DNA of 64,000 bases, taken from an uncultured Myxococcales bacterium (GTDB taxonomy: Bacteria > Myxococcota > B64-G9). A model generated the notes under the pieces. It was not told the DNA's origin. It searched no databases and saw only the letters and a list, made by a program, of their open reading frames with translations. Below, piece after piece: positions 44,364 through 53,102 of the stretch. Within the stretch, counting starts at the first letter, position 1. Every line of letters begins with the position of its first letter. The stretch spans positions 443 through 64,442 of the forward strand of contig CAZWFN010000013.1 in NCBI GenBank assembly GCA_964633205.1. The letters are read 5' to 3'. The translations under genes and the position numbers were made by a program.

Positions 44364-45637
44364 GGTTGATCGCTCCCCATTATCTGGCCGTAGCCCTGCA
44401 GCACGAACTTGTAGCTGGTCAGCTCCTCGAGCCCCATCGGCCCGCGGGCGTGGAGCTTGTCGGTGGAGATGCCGATCTCGGCCCCCATGCCCAGCGACTC
44501 GCCGTCGCAGAACATGGTCGAGGCGTTGACCAGCACCACCCCGGAGTCGACCCCGGCCACGAAGCGCCGGGCATCGGCCTGGTTTTCGGTGACGATGGCG
44601 TCGGTGTGGCCCGAGCCGTAGCGGTTGATGTGCGCCACGGCCGCGTCCACCCCGTCGACCACCTTGAGCGAGTAGATCTTATCCAGATACTCGGTGGCGT
44701 AGTCTTCCTCGGTGGCCGGCTTCAAATCGGCCACCACCTGCCGGGCCTGCTCGCAGCCGCGCAGCTCGATCTGGTGGCGGCCCAGCGTGGCCGCCAGCTC
44801 GCCCAGCCAGTCCAGCTGGCTGGCGTCGAGCAGCAGCGATTCCGCGGCGTTGCACACGCCGGGCATCAGCAGCTTGGAGTCCAGCGCGATGCGCAGGGCT
44901 GTGTCCCGATCGGCCCGGGCTCCGATGTAGACGTGGCAGTTGCCCTCGAAGTGCTTGATCACCGGCACCCGGGCCTGCTCGGCCACCGCCCGGATCAGCC
45001 CTTTGCCGCCGCGCGGGATGACCACGTCGATCAGGTCGGGACGAGCCAGCAGGTGGCCCACCTGATGGTGGTCGAGCCGAACCGGCTGCACCGCGCCGTC
45101 CGGCAGCCCGGCCACTTCCAGCGCGCGCTGCCACAGCTCCGCCAGCACCGCGGTGCAGTGCTTGGCCTCGGAGCCGCCCTTGAGCACGATGGCGTTGCCC
45201 GATTTCAGCGCGAAAGCGCCGCCGTTGACCGTCACGTGCGGCCGGGCTTCGTAGATCATCAGCAGCACGCCCAGCGGCACCCGCATTCGGCCGTAGCTCA
45301 ACCCGTTGTCCATCCGGCCGCAGCGCTCCAGCCGGCCGATGGGGTCGGGCAGGGCGGCGATCTTGATCAACGAGGTGATCCGGCCGCGCAGCTTGGCCTC
45401 GTCGAAGACCAATCGGCCGATCTGGGCCCGCGGCAGCCCGTCGCGCTCGGCCTGGTCGAGATCGCTGCGGTTGGCGCGCAGGATCTCTTCGCGCTTGTCC
45501 TCGAGCAGCGCGGCCATGCGCTGCAAGGCGGTGTTGCGCTGCTCGGCGGTGGTGGTGGCCAGGCTGGTGGCGGCTCGGCGCGCCCGCTGGGCGATGGCCT
45601 GGGCACGATCGAGTCCGTCGCTGGATGCGGTTTGCAT
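44348..45637 (-). CDS. proA: glutamate-5-semialdehyde dehydrogenase (gamma-glutamyl phosphate reductase)
   Basis: 'AEQRNTALQRMAALLEDKREEILRANRSDL', 'VIPRGG' and 'HTDAIVT'. ATG 45637 is 8 nt after GGAGGA. Confidence 0.85.
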   Translation of the reverse strand: MQTASSDGLDRAQAIAQRARRAATSLATTTAEQRNTALQRMAALLEDKREEILRANRSDLDQAERDGLPRAQIGRLVFDEAKLRGRITSLIKIAALPDPIGRLERCGRMDNGLSYGRMRVPLGVLLMIYEARPHVTVNGGAFALKSGNAIVLKGGSEAKHCTAVLAELWQRALEVAGLPDGAVQPVRLDHHQVGHLLARPDLIDVVIPRGGKGLIRAVAEQARVPVIKHFEGNCHVYIGARADRDTALRIALDSKLLMPGVCNAAESLLLDASQLDWLGELAATLGRHQIELRGCEQARQVVADLKPATEEDYATEYLDKIYSLKVVDGVDAAVAHINRYGSGHTDAIVTENQADARRFVAGVDSGVVLVNASTMFCDGESLGMGAEIGISTDKLHARGPMGLEELTSYKFVLQGYGQIMGSDQPWNAS

Positions 45638-45685
45638 CAAGGGGTCCTCCCGCTCCGCAGAGCCCGTCATTTCGGAGATTCAGTC

Positions 45686-45704
45686 AGCTTTGGGCCCAAA
45701 AGCT
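45686..45704. promoter_or_regulatory. near-perfect palindrome AGCTTTGGG|CCCAAAAGCT; candidate operator
   Basis: It lies between the putative -10 (45713..45718) and the proA start, in the AT-richer spacer. Confidence 0.3.
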
Positions 45705-45712
45705 TACGACCC

Positions 45713-45741
45713 TAAATAGCATATCGATCCGGGGCAGGCAA
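45713..45741 (-). promoter_or_regulatory. possible promoter TTGCCT-N17-TATTTA for the proA-to-opu operon
   Basis: Minus-strand reading. It sits about 75 nt upstream of ATG 45637. Confidence 0.3.
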
Positions 45742-45816
45742 GGGCTTTGTCCCGACCGTGAATTCTTTTTTTTCAGTAAGTTGCGAGGAAGTTGAGGTAT
45801 TCCGGGGTATGCCTTT

Positions 45817-47250
45817 TTACCACACGAAGGAGTCGGGCTTGGGCGGGTAGCCGCCGGCGTGGGGCAGCTCGAGCTGGGGCTGGTCCTCGTAGCTGGGCAC
45901 GGTCTCGGCCGGTCCTTGTCGTAGCCGCTGGCGGCCCACCAGGGCCGGGGCCACGCTGCCGCGCATGTCGGCCGCCACCGGCAAACCGAGGCTGTAGAGC
46001 ACGGTGGGGGTGATGTCCAGGATCGACAGGCCGCGCAACCGGCTGCCGGGGGCCACCCCGGGGCCGCGGGCCAGGATGGCGCCCGCGGACCAGTGGATGC
46101 CGCCGTAGGGCTCGGCCCGGAAGGGGTGCGGCTTGGGCCCGTCGCCGAAGCCATGGTCCGAGATGACCAGCACCAGGGTCGCGGGCCCGGCCAGGGCGTC
46201 GAGCAGGCGGCCGATGCGCGCATCGACGTCGCGGTGACAGTTGGCGATGACCCCGCCGAAGCGCCGCTTCAGCTCGGCCGCGTGCTCGGCCGGCAGGCCC
46301 CACTGGGCCAGCCTTTGCTTTATCTCTTTGATGGATTTGGAGAAAATCCAAAACCGATGCCCCAGCGAGTCCGGGCACTGGAAGTAGGCCAGCACCACCT
46401 CGGGCCGTTGGCTGCGGGCCAGCTCCAGGGTGATGGCCTCGACCGAGCGCGCCCGGGCCAGGTTCCAACGCAGGGAGTAGACGTACTTGTCGATCTTGGG
46501 CAGCTCGCGCAGCGGCGAGCCGGCCGGCAGCGGGTCGGCCAGCCGGGCCACCTGCTCGGCCGTGATCTGCTCGGGCTCCACGATGTGGGCGCGCACCCGC
46601 TCGGTCAGCCGGGCCGGCTGCACGGCCCGCTCGACGTGGCGCCAGAAAGAGCCCTTGATGGTCACCCGCCGCGGATCGCCGTAGAGCACCTTGGGCGCCA
46701 CCATGACCCCGTTTTTCACCCGCTCGGCCGGCCAGGTGGTGGGCCAGCCCACGGTCAGGCTGCGGATGCCGCGTTCGCCCAGCAGCCCCCACAGCGCCTG
46801 GCAGCGGCGGTCGGCCGGGGTGTAGATCGCGCGCTCCTCGGTGCGCACCGCGGGCGGGTTGTAGTCGGAGTTCTTGACGTGGTCCCAGATGCCGTGCTGG
46901 TCGGGCAGCTTGCCGGTGACCGCCGAGGTCCAGACCTGCATGGTGCGCAAGGGCCAGTACGAGGCCAGCGGCCCCATGGCGCCCTGCTCGGCCAGCTGCT
47001 GCAGGTGGGGCACGGCCCCTTTTTCCAGCAGCGGCTCGAGCACGTTGAGCGACAGTGCGTCGACGCCGATCAGCAGCACTCTCGGTCTGTCCGCCTTCTC
47101 GGTCTGTTCCGCCGAAGCGGCGGGTCGGCCGGCCAGCGCCAGCAGGCCGCTGAGCGCCAGCGCGGTGGCCAGGCTGCGCCGGCCCCTACTCCACGTAGCC
47201 CAGCGAGCGCAGCCGCTCGATCTCTTCGCGTTCGAAAGGGGCGTCATCAT
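45817..47250 (-). CDS. alkaline-phosphatase-superfamily protein (NPP-like), secreted
   Basis: 'RRSLATALALSGLLALAG', 'VLLIGVDALS', 'MQVWTSAVTGKLPDQHGIWDH' and 'LVISDHG'. The start is uncertain; ATG 47250 overlaps the upstream gene by 65 nt. Confidence 0.7.
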   Translation of the reverse strand: MMTPLSNAKRSSGCARWATWSRGRRSLATALALSGLLALAGRPAASAEQTEKADRPRVLLIGVDALSLNVLEPLLEKGAVPHLQQLAEQGAMGPLASYWPLRTMQVWTSAVTGKLPDQHGIWDHVKNSDYNPPAVRTEERAIYTPADRRCQALWGLLGERGIRSLTVGWPTTWPAERVKNGVMVAPKVLYGDPRRVTIKGSFWRHVERAVQPARLTERVRAHIVEPEQITAEQVARLADPLPAGSPLRELPKIDKYVYSLRWNLARARSVEAITLELARSQRPEVVLAYFQCPDSLGHRFWIFSKSIKEIKQRLAQWGLPAEHAAELKRRFGGVIANCHRDVDARIGRLLDALAGPATLVLVISDHGFGDGPKPHPFRAEPYGGIHWSAGAILARGPGVAPGSRLRGLSILDITPTVLYSLGLPVAADMRGSVAPALVGRQRLRQGPAETVPSYEDQPQLELPHAGGYPPKPDSFVW

Positions 47251-48634
47251 CGTCCGGCTCCTCGTCGGCGTCATCGTGGCTGGCGGGCTGGTCACTGGCG
47301 CTGGCCGCTGCTGCTGCGGCCGGCTCGATGCCCAGCCGCGCCGCCAGGCTGCGGCCCTCGAAGGGCCCAGCGCCCTGGATCCGAAGCAGGTCCAGCAGGG
47401 TGGGGGCGATGTCGTAGAGGGTGGCGCCGACCAGGCGCCCGCCCGGGCGAATGTCGGCTCCGCCGACCAGCAGGGCGCCTTCGATCTCGTGCTCGCCGGT
47501 GAAGGGTACCTTCGGGTTGAGATCGTAGCGGCCGGTCCAGGCGGTGAAACCATGATCGGACACGACCGCGATCCGGGCCCGGCCGCCCAACGCCGCCCAC
47601 AGCTGCCCGAGCACCTCGTCCAGCAACATGTAGTAGCGGTCGATCAGGCCGCCGTAGCGTTCGGCCAGCAGGTCGGCGTGCGCGGTGGGCAGGCCGGCCT
47701 CGCGCAGCTGGGCCTGGATACGCTTGGTCGACTCGCGGAACAGCCAGAAGCGGTGCGCCAGCGAGTCGCTGCCCTCGAAGTACACCATGGCCAGATCGGG
47801 TTTATCGCGCTCGAGCAAGTGCAGCAAAATGCGTTTCATGGTCAAGGTATTGGCCAAGGACCAGCGCAGGGCTCGGTGGTAGCGTTTCAAGATGGGGTAG
47901 GCGCTGAGCAACTCGGGGCCGGGCGGCGGGGCGAACGAGGTCAGCAGATCGGCCGGCACCTCGTCCGGGCCGACGATCAGCGCGCTGATCTCGGGCCAGC
48001 GCTCGGGCGGGTAAACCTGGCGCTGCTCGTCCGGGTAGACCGCGCCCTTGATGGTCACCTGCTTGCGCTCGCCCAGGGCCACGTAGGGCGCCACCATCAC
48101 GCCGTCGACCTTCTCGGCCGGCCAGGTGTTGATCCAGCCCACCACCGCCACCCGGTGTCCCGCCCGCGAGGCCATCTGCCACAGGGCGGGCACACGGCGC
48201 ATCCGGCTGGTCACCAGCCGCTGGCGGCCGCCGCGCCGATCGGCGGGCCAGAAGCGGCTGCCGGTGATGAAGTCGTAGATGCCGTGGACGTCGCGCGGCT
48301 GGCCGGTGGCGATGGTGGTCCACAGCGCGGGCGAGCGCATCTCGCGCTCGGATAGCAGCACCCCGTGGCAGCCCTGCTCGAGCAGGCGGGCGAAGTGGGG
48401 CAGGCGGCCCGCGGCCACCAGCGGCCGCAGCACCTCGAGATCCAGCGCATCGGCGCCCAGCAGCAGCACCGGACCGGGCTCCGGGTGTTGTTCTCGCTCT
48501 GCCTGAGCCGCGGCCGGCCGCGGCGGTGCTTCCGGGCCGGTCTCGGCGACGGTGCGGGCCGCGGAGGTGTCCTCGCATCCGCTGGCCGACAACAGCATGG
48601 CCAGAGACCAGGCGAAGGCTCGCCACGCGTGCAT
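47186..48634 (-). CDS. alkaline-phosphatase-superfamily lipoprotein (NPP-like)
   Basis: Lipobox 'LLSASGC'. 'VLLLGADALD', 'SPALWTTIATGQPRDVHGIYDF' and 'VVSDHG'. An acidic linker, then the tail '...LRSLGYVE'. Confidence 0.75.
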   Translation of the reverse strand: MHAWRAFAWSLAMLLSASGCEDTSAARTVAETGPEAPPRPAAAQAEREQHPEPGPVLLLGADALDLEVLRPLVAAGRLPHFARLLEQGCHGVLLSEREMRSPALWTTIATGQPRDVHGIYDFITGSRFWPADRRGGRQRLVTSRMRRVPALWQMASRAGHRVAVVGWINTWPAEKVDGVMVAPYVALGERKQVTIKGAVYPDEQRQVYPPERWPEISALIVGPDEVPADLLTSFAPPPGPELLSAYPILKRYHRALRWSLANTLTMKRILLHLLERDKPDLAMVYFEGSDSLAHRFWLFRESTKRIQAQLREAGLPTAHADLLAERYGGLIDRYYMLLDEVLGQLWAALGGRARIAVVSDHGFTAWTGRYDLNPKVPFTGEHEIEGALLVGGADIRPGGRLVGATLYDIAPTLLDLLRIQGAGPFEGRSLAARLGIEPAAAAAASASDQPASHDDADEEPDDDDAPFEREEIERLRSLGYVE

Positions 48635-48678
48635 CTTCCCTCCGTTCACCGTCAAGTGTGGACGATTGTTTCGCACAC

Positions 48679-48688
48679 AAAACGTTTT
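48679..48688. promoter_or_regulatory. perfect 10-bp palindrome AAAACGTTTT at the predicted transcription start
   Basis: It is immediately downstream of the -10 of the promoter at 48689..48716. Confidence 0.3.
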
Positions 48689-48716
48689 CTTATACCAGCG
48701 GGTCGAGGTATGTCAA
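48689..48716 (-). promoter_or_regulatory. strong sigma70-like promoter TTGACA-N16-TATAAG
   Basis: On the minus strand, TTGACA is at 48716..48711 and TATAAG at 48694..48689. GGAGG and ATG 48634 lie downstream. Confidence 0.45.
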
Positions 48717-48808
48717 AGTAGAATGCGTTCGGCGACCGGCTTGCCGCTGTGGCCAGCGACCGCCGTGGCGCGGACAGCGCGTCGGCTTCGGGTACACGAG
48801 GAGGCGAG

Positions 48809-51607
48809 ATGGTGCCGCGGATGGTCTGGTTGGCTTTGTTGCTCGGTTGGGCCGCGGGAGCGGCCGCGGCCGAACGCAAGCAGCAGCTATTGTCCAACGG
48901 GGGCTTCGAGCGGGGGTTGCAGGGCTGGCAGACGCGCGGTCTGAAGTTGATCGCGGATCCGCGGCTGGCCCACCGCGGGGTGCGCTGCCTGATGGGCGAG
49001 GTGTTTCGCCGCCGCCAGAACCGCACCTTGCACCGCAGCCTCGGGCTGCGCCGCGATCGGCTGTATCGCTTCGCCATCTGGGCCCGCGCCTCGCAGGGCA
49101 GCCGGTTGACGGTCTGGCTCAAGGCGGCCGGTCAGCGGCGGGTGATCGCCAACTGGCACGGGGTGGCCCGGCGCTGGACGCGCTATCGGGTCAACTTCAC
49201 CGTGCCCGCCGACGGCCGGGCCACGCTGGAGATCGCGGCGCCCTCGTCCTTCTGGGCCCGGGTGGGGCGCATGTGGATCGACGACCTGGTGCTGACCGCC
49301 GAGCCGCTGCTGCCACAGACCAAACTTTCCACCGAGCCGGGCTTCGACGACATGCCGTGCATGGCCCAGACCGGACCGAACGATGCCTGGGCGGCCTGGC
49401 TGCGGTCCAGCGGCGAGGGCGAGGAGCTGGCGGTGGTGAGGCTGCACCAGCCCGCGGCCGACGCCGACCTGGAGCTGGCCGATCGCTGGCAGGTGGCACC
49501 CCCGGCGGATGCCGGCGTGCTCGATCCGGTGCTGGCCGCCGGACCGGACGGCACCGCCTGGCTGGTCTATGCCGCCGAGAAGGGCGACAACTGGGATCTC
49601 TACGCCGTCGCCCTGGGGGCGGCCGGTCCGGGTCGGCCGCTGCGGCTGACCCGCCACCCGGCGGTCGACATCCACCCGGCGGCGGTGGTCGATGGCCGGA
49701 CCCTGTGGGTGGCCTGGGAGTCCAACCGCGACGGCGGCCGGCGCCACATCCACCTGCTGGCCGTGCGCGACGGCCAGGCCGGCCGGCCGTTGCGCTTGTC
49801 GCAGGGCGAGACCAACAACTACCAGCCCGATGTGATCCGGCCGGAGCGGGGCCGTCTGCTGGTCGGCTGGCACAGCTTTCGCGAGGACAACTTCGATCTG
49901 TACGCCCGCGAGGTGGTCGCCGGTGCGCTGCAGCCCGAACGCCGCCTGACCCGGGCCGCGCTGATCGACCGCGGCGTGCGGCTGTTGGCCCGCGACGGGC
50001 GGGTCTGGCTGGCCTGGGACCAGGCCGACTACGCCGGCTACAAGGTGGGCCGCAACAGTCTCAAGCGGGTGGTGGTGGCCCGGTTGGACCACGGCCGGCT
50101 GCGCCAGCCGGTTGGCTTGCGCCGGACGCGGCTGTGGCAGGAGGCCGAGACACCGGCGCTGGCCTTCGATGCTGACGGCCGGCTGTGGATCGCGGCGCTG
50201 GTGCCGCGCGATCGCAACTCGGGCTGGGATACGCTGGTCTGGCGCCTGGCCCGCAAGGGCTGGGCCGGGCCCTGGGTGCTGTCGCGGCGCAAGGGCATGA
50301 ACCGGCGCCCGGCGCTGGCCACCCCGGCCGGGCGGGTGGCGGTGCTGTATCAGAGCGACGACATGCCTGGGCGCTGGCGCTCCTACGAGGCGCGCCACCA
50401 GGGCGACAGCGACGTCTACCTGGGGCGCATCGACAGCGGCCCGCGGCCGCGCGGTGGATCGCTGAAGCTCGAGGCCTACGAGCCGCCGGCCGCGGTCTTC
50501 GAGGCGGCCCGGCTGCGCCGCGCCCGCGGCGAAGACAGACCGGGTTGGCAGACCGAGCTGGACGGCCGGCCGCTGCGGCTGCTGTTCGGCGACCTGCACG
50601 AGCACTCCGACCTGTCGGTCTGCGACCGCACCCGGGATGAGACCCCGGATCAGTCCTATCAGATGATGCGCGACCTGCTCCGGGTCGACTTCGGCGCCCT
50701 GACCGACCACGGCAAGAACTTCAACGATTATCTCTGGCGCCACCTGGGCAAGCGCAACCGCAGCAACAGCGATCCAGGGCGCTTTCTGACCTTGAAGGCC
50801 CAGGAGTGGACCTCGACCTTCGAGAAGGGCAACACCGACTACCCCTACGGCTACTACGGCCACCGGGTGCTGGTGTTCGGCGACGCCCGCGCGCCGCGGT
50901 TCTACAACGCGGCCGACGGGGACACGCCGGCGCAGCTGCGCCAGAAGCTGCACGCCGGCGGCGTGCCCTTCGTGCTGATCCCGCACCAGCTGGCCGACAC
51001 CGGCAACGTGCCGCTGGACTGGGCCGGCCACGACGAGGGCGACGAGCCGGTGGCCGAGATCTTCCAGTTCCGCGGCTCCTACGAGTGCAAGGGCTGCCCG
51101 CGCGAGGCCGAGCTGAGCACGCCGCGGGGCTGGTTCCTCCAGGATGCCTGGGCCCGCGGCACCCGGGTGGGGGTGGTGGCCGCACCCGATCACCGCGGCG
51201 GCCTCGGCAAGGCCGCGCTGTGGGCCGAGGATCTGAGCCCGCAGGCGCTGTTGGCGGCCCTGCGCGCCCGGCGCACCTACGGCACCACCGCGGCGCGCAT
51301 CCTGCTCGAGGTGCGGGTGGCCGGCCACTTGATGGGTGCCGCGGTCGAGCCGCTGGCCGCCGGCCAGACCGTGCCCATCAGAGTACGGGTCGACTGCCCG
51401 CGGCCCCTCCAGCAGGTGGTGGTGCTGCGCGACAACCGCCCGATCTTCCGCGTCCGGCCCCGTGGCCGTCGGGCGGATTTCACCTGGCGCGATAAACCGG
51501 CGGCCGGGGCCCACTGGTACTATGTGCGCGTGGTCCAGCGCGACGGCGAACTGGCCTGGTCGTCGCCGGTCTGGTTCGGCCGGCCGGAAGAGTCACCACC
51601 GCCCTGA
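48809..51607 (+). CDS. secreted CBM4_9-like domain plus about 7 propeller-like repeats plus a PHP/DUF3604-like phosphoesterase domain
   Basis: GAGGAGG precedes ATG 48809. 'NGGFERGLQGWQ', repeats such as 'DGRTLWVAWESNRDG' and 'DGRVWLAWDQ', then 'FGDLHEHSDLS', 'ALTDHG' and 'LIPHQ'. Confidence 0.65.
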   Translation: MVPRMVWLALLLGWAAGAAAAERKQQLLSNGGFERGLQGWQTRGLKLIADPRLAHRGVRCLMGEVFRRRQNRTLHRSLGLRRDRLYRFAIWARASQGSRLTVWLKAAGQRRVIANWHGVARRWTRYRVNFTVPADGRATLEIAAPSSFWARVGRMWIDDLVLTAEPLLPQTKLSTEPGFDDMPCMAQTGPNDAWAAWLRSSGEGEELAVVRLHQPAADADLELADRWQVAPPADAGVLDPVLAAGPDGTAWLVYAAEKGDNWDLYAVALGAAGPGRPLRLTRHPAVDIHPAAVVDGRTLWVAWESNRDGGRRHIHLLAVRDGQAGRPLRLSQGETNNYQPDVIRPERGRLLVGWHSFREDNFDLYAREVVAGALQPERRLTRAALIDRGVRLLARDGRVWLAWDQADYAGYKVGRNSLKRVVVARLDHGRLRQPVGLRRTRLWQEAETPALAFDADGRLWIAALVPRDRNSGWDTLVWRLARKGWAGPWVLSRRKGMNRRPALATPAGRVAVLYQSDDMPGRWRSYEARHQGDSDVYLGRIDSGPRPRGGSLKLEAYEPPAAVFEAARLRRARGEDRPGWQTELDGRPLRLLFGDLHEHSDLSVCDRTRDETPDQSYQMMRDLLRVDFGALTDHGKNFNDYLWRHLGKRNRSNSDPGRFLTLKAQEWTSTFEKGNTDYPYGYYGHRVLVFGDARAPRFYNAADGDTPAQLRQKLHAGGVPFVLIPHQLADTGNVPLDWAGHDEGDEPVAEIFQFRGSYECKGCPREAELSTPRGWFLQDAWARGTRVGVVAAPDHRGGLGKAALWAEDLSPQALLAALRARRTYGTTAARILLEVRVAGHLMGAAVEPLAAGQTVPIRVRVDCPRPLQQVVVLRDNRPIFRVRPRGRRADFTWRDKPAAGAHWYYVRVVQRDGELAWSSPVWFGRPEESPPP

Positions 51608-51626
51608 GCCGGAGTCTCTCGCCCGG

Positions 51627-53102
51627 CTACTGCATGTAGCCCAGCGACTGCAGCTCCTCGACCAGATCGGGATCCAGCTCGTCGACCTTCAGCGACGGTT
51701 TGCCGCCTTCGATCTCGGCCTTGAGCACGTGCAGCAGCTTCTCGCCGACCGGGCGCCGGTCGGGCCACAGGTTGCGCTTTTCGTGCGGATCGGCCAGCAC
51801 GTCGTAGAGCTGGAAGACCTCCTCGTCGAAGGAGACCGAGGGCAGCAGCTCGGGTCGGCCGACGTGCTTCATGAATACCTCGCGTACCGCTGGGCGCTGG
51901 TAGACCAGCTTGTAGCGCCGGGTGCGGATGGCCGAGCGGCGGATGCCGTAGCAGTTGTACTCGGAGATGACGTAGCGCGGCACCGGCACCGCCTTGCGCT
52001 GGCGCAGCGCTCGGGTCATGTCCAGACCGCTCATGGCGCCCGGTATCTTCGCCCCGGCCAGCGCCAGGGTGGTGGGGGCCAGGTCGATCTGCTGGACGAA
52101 GGCGGAGGTATAACCGCCCCGGGCGGATTTTTCGATCCAGGGAGCGCGGATCAGCAGCGGGATGCGCATGTGGGTCTCGTAGTGGTGGTGGGCGTGCAGA
52201 TAGACGCCGTGCTCGCCGAAGGCCTCACCGTGATCGGCGGTGACGAAGATGCTGGCCTCGTCCCAGAAGCCCAGCTTCTGGAGCTGGCCGAACAGCCGGG
52301 CCAGCTGGTCGTCGGTCGAGCGGATCAGGCCGTCGTAGAGCGCCACCACTTTTTTGCGCTGGGCCTCCGGGTAGTCGTTCTTGTATTCCCAGTGCACCCG
52401 GTGGCGCACCTTGCCCTCGTACTCCGGATAGTACATGTTGTCGTAGGGCGGTTTGGGCTTGTAGGGATCGTGGGGGTCGAGCAAGAACAGCAGCAGGAAC
52501 ACCTTGTCCTGGCCGCGGTGGCGCCGCAGGTGCTCGAGACCCAGATCGACGACCTGGCGGGCGTCGGGCAGGCCCTTCCAGTTGCCAATGGTGTCCTCGT
52601 AGACGTCGAAGCCGTGGTGCATGCCGAAGGCCGAGCTGATGTTGCCGTTGCCCACCACCGCCAGCGTGGTGTAACCGGCCTTCTTGAGCTGCCCGGCCAT
52701 GGTGCCGACCGACGCGGGCAGCTTGTGCCAGTCGCACTGTACGCGGTGCTCGGTCGGGATCAGGCCGGTGAGCATGCTGGTGGTCGCCGGCCGGGTCCAG
52801 GGGGCGTTGGCGAAAAAGCGGGTGAAGATCACCCCCTCGTCGGCGAAGCGGTCCAGGGCGGGGGTGGTGTCGCGGCCGTAGCCGTAGGCCGAGACGTGAT
52901 CGGGCCTGAGCGCGTCGACTACGATCCAGATGATCGGTTTTCCGGTCTCCGGGGCGGTGGCGGCCTCGGCGGGCACCGCCGGGCGCTCGAGCCCCGGGAA
53001 GTAGAGCGTGGCCGGCTCGTCGCCGGGCAAGACCTCGTCGGCGGTCGCGGCGGTCGAGCAGGTCATCGTCAGCAGCAGGCATCCCAGTACGATGCGTTTC
53101 AT
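51627..53102 (-). CDS. secreted sulfatase-fold (PF00884-like) enzyme with a Thr nucleophile context
   Basis: ATGA overlap with the upstream gene. 'IIWIVVDALRPDHV', 'NAPWTRPATTSMLTG' and 'FVTADHGEAFGEHG'. Ends in '...LQSLGYMQ'. Confidence 0.8.
   Translation of the reverse strand: MKRIVLGCLLLTMTCSTAATADEVLPGDEPATLYFPGLERPAVPAEAATAPETGKPIIWIVVDALRPDHVSAYGYGRDTTPALDRFADEGVIFTRFFANAPWTRPATTSMLTGLIPTEHRVQCDWHKLPASVGTMAGQLKKAGYTTLAVVGNGNISSAFGMHHGFDVYEDTIGNWKGLPDARQVVDLGLEHLRRHRGQDKVFLLLFLLDPHDPYKPKPPYDNMYYPEYEGKVRHRVHWEYKNDYPEAQRKKVVALYDGLIRSTDDQLARLFGQLQKLGFWDEASIFVTADHGEAFGEHGVYLHAHHHYETHMRIPLLIRAPWIEKSARGGYTSAFVQQIDLAPTTLALAGAKIPGAMSGLDMTRALRQRKAVPVPRYVISEYNCYGIRRSAIRTRRYKLVYQRPAVREVFMKHVGRPELLPSVSFDEEVFQLYDVLADPHEKRNLWPDRRPVGEKLLHVLKAEIEGGKPSLKVDELDPDLVEELQSLGYMQ

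Noticed and set aside
45740-45775. A T8 run (45766..45773) considered as an intrinsic terminator.
   Set aside because: The preceding stem is weak (6 bp with a G-T pair and a 13-nt loop) and lies 10 nt from the T run. No plus-strand gene ends upstream of it. On the minus strand it reads as an A-run.
45638-45816. A cobalamin riboswitch or other leader RNA upstream of the corrinoid operon.
   Set aside because: The spacer is about 180 nt but has no B12-box-like GCCACTG core and no extended conserved helices that I can find. Only a promoter-like element and a palindrome are present.
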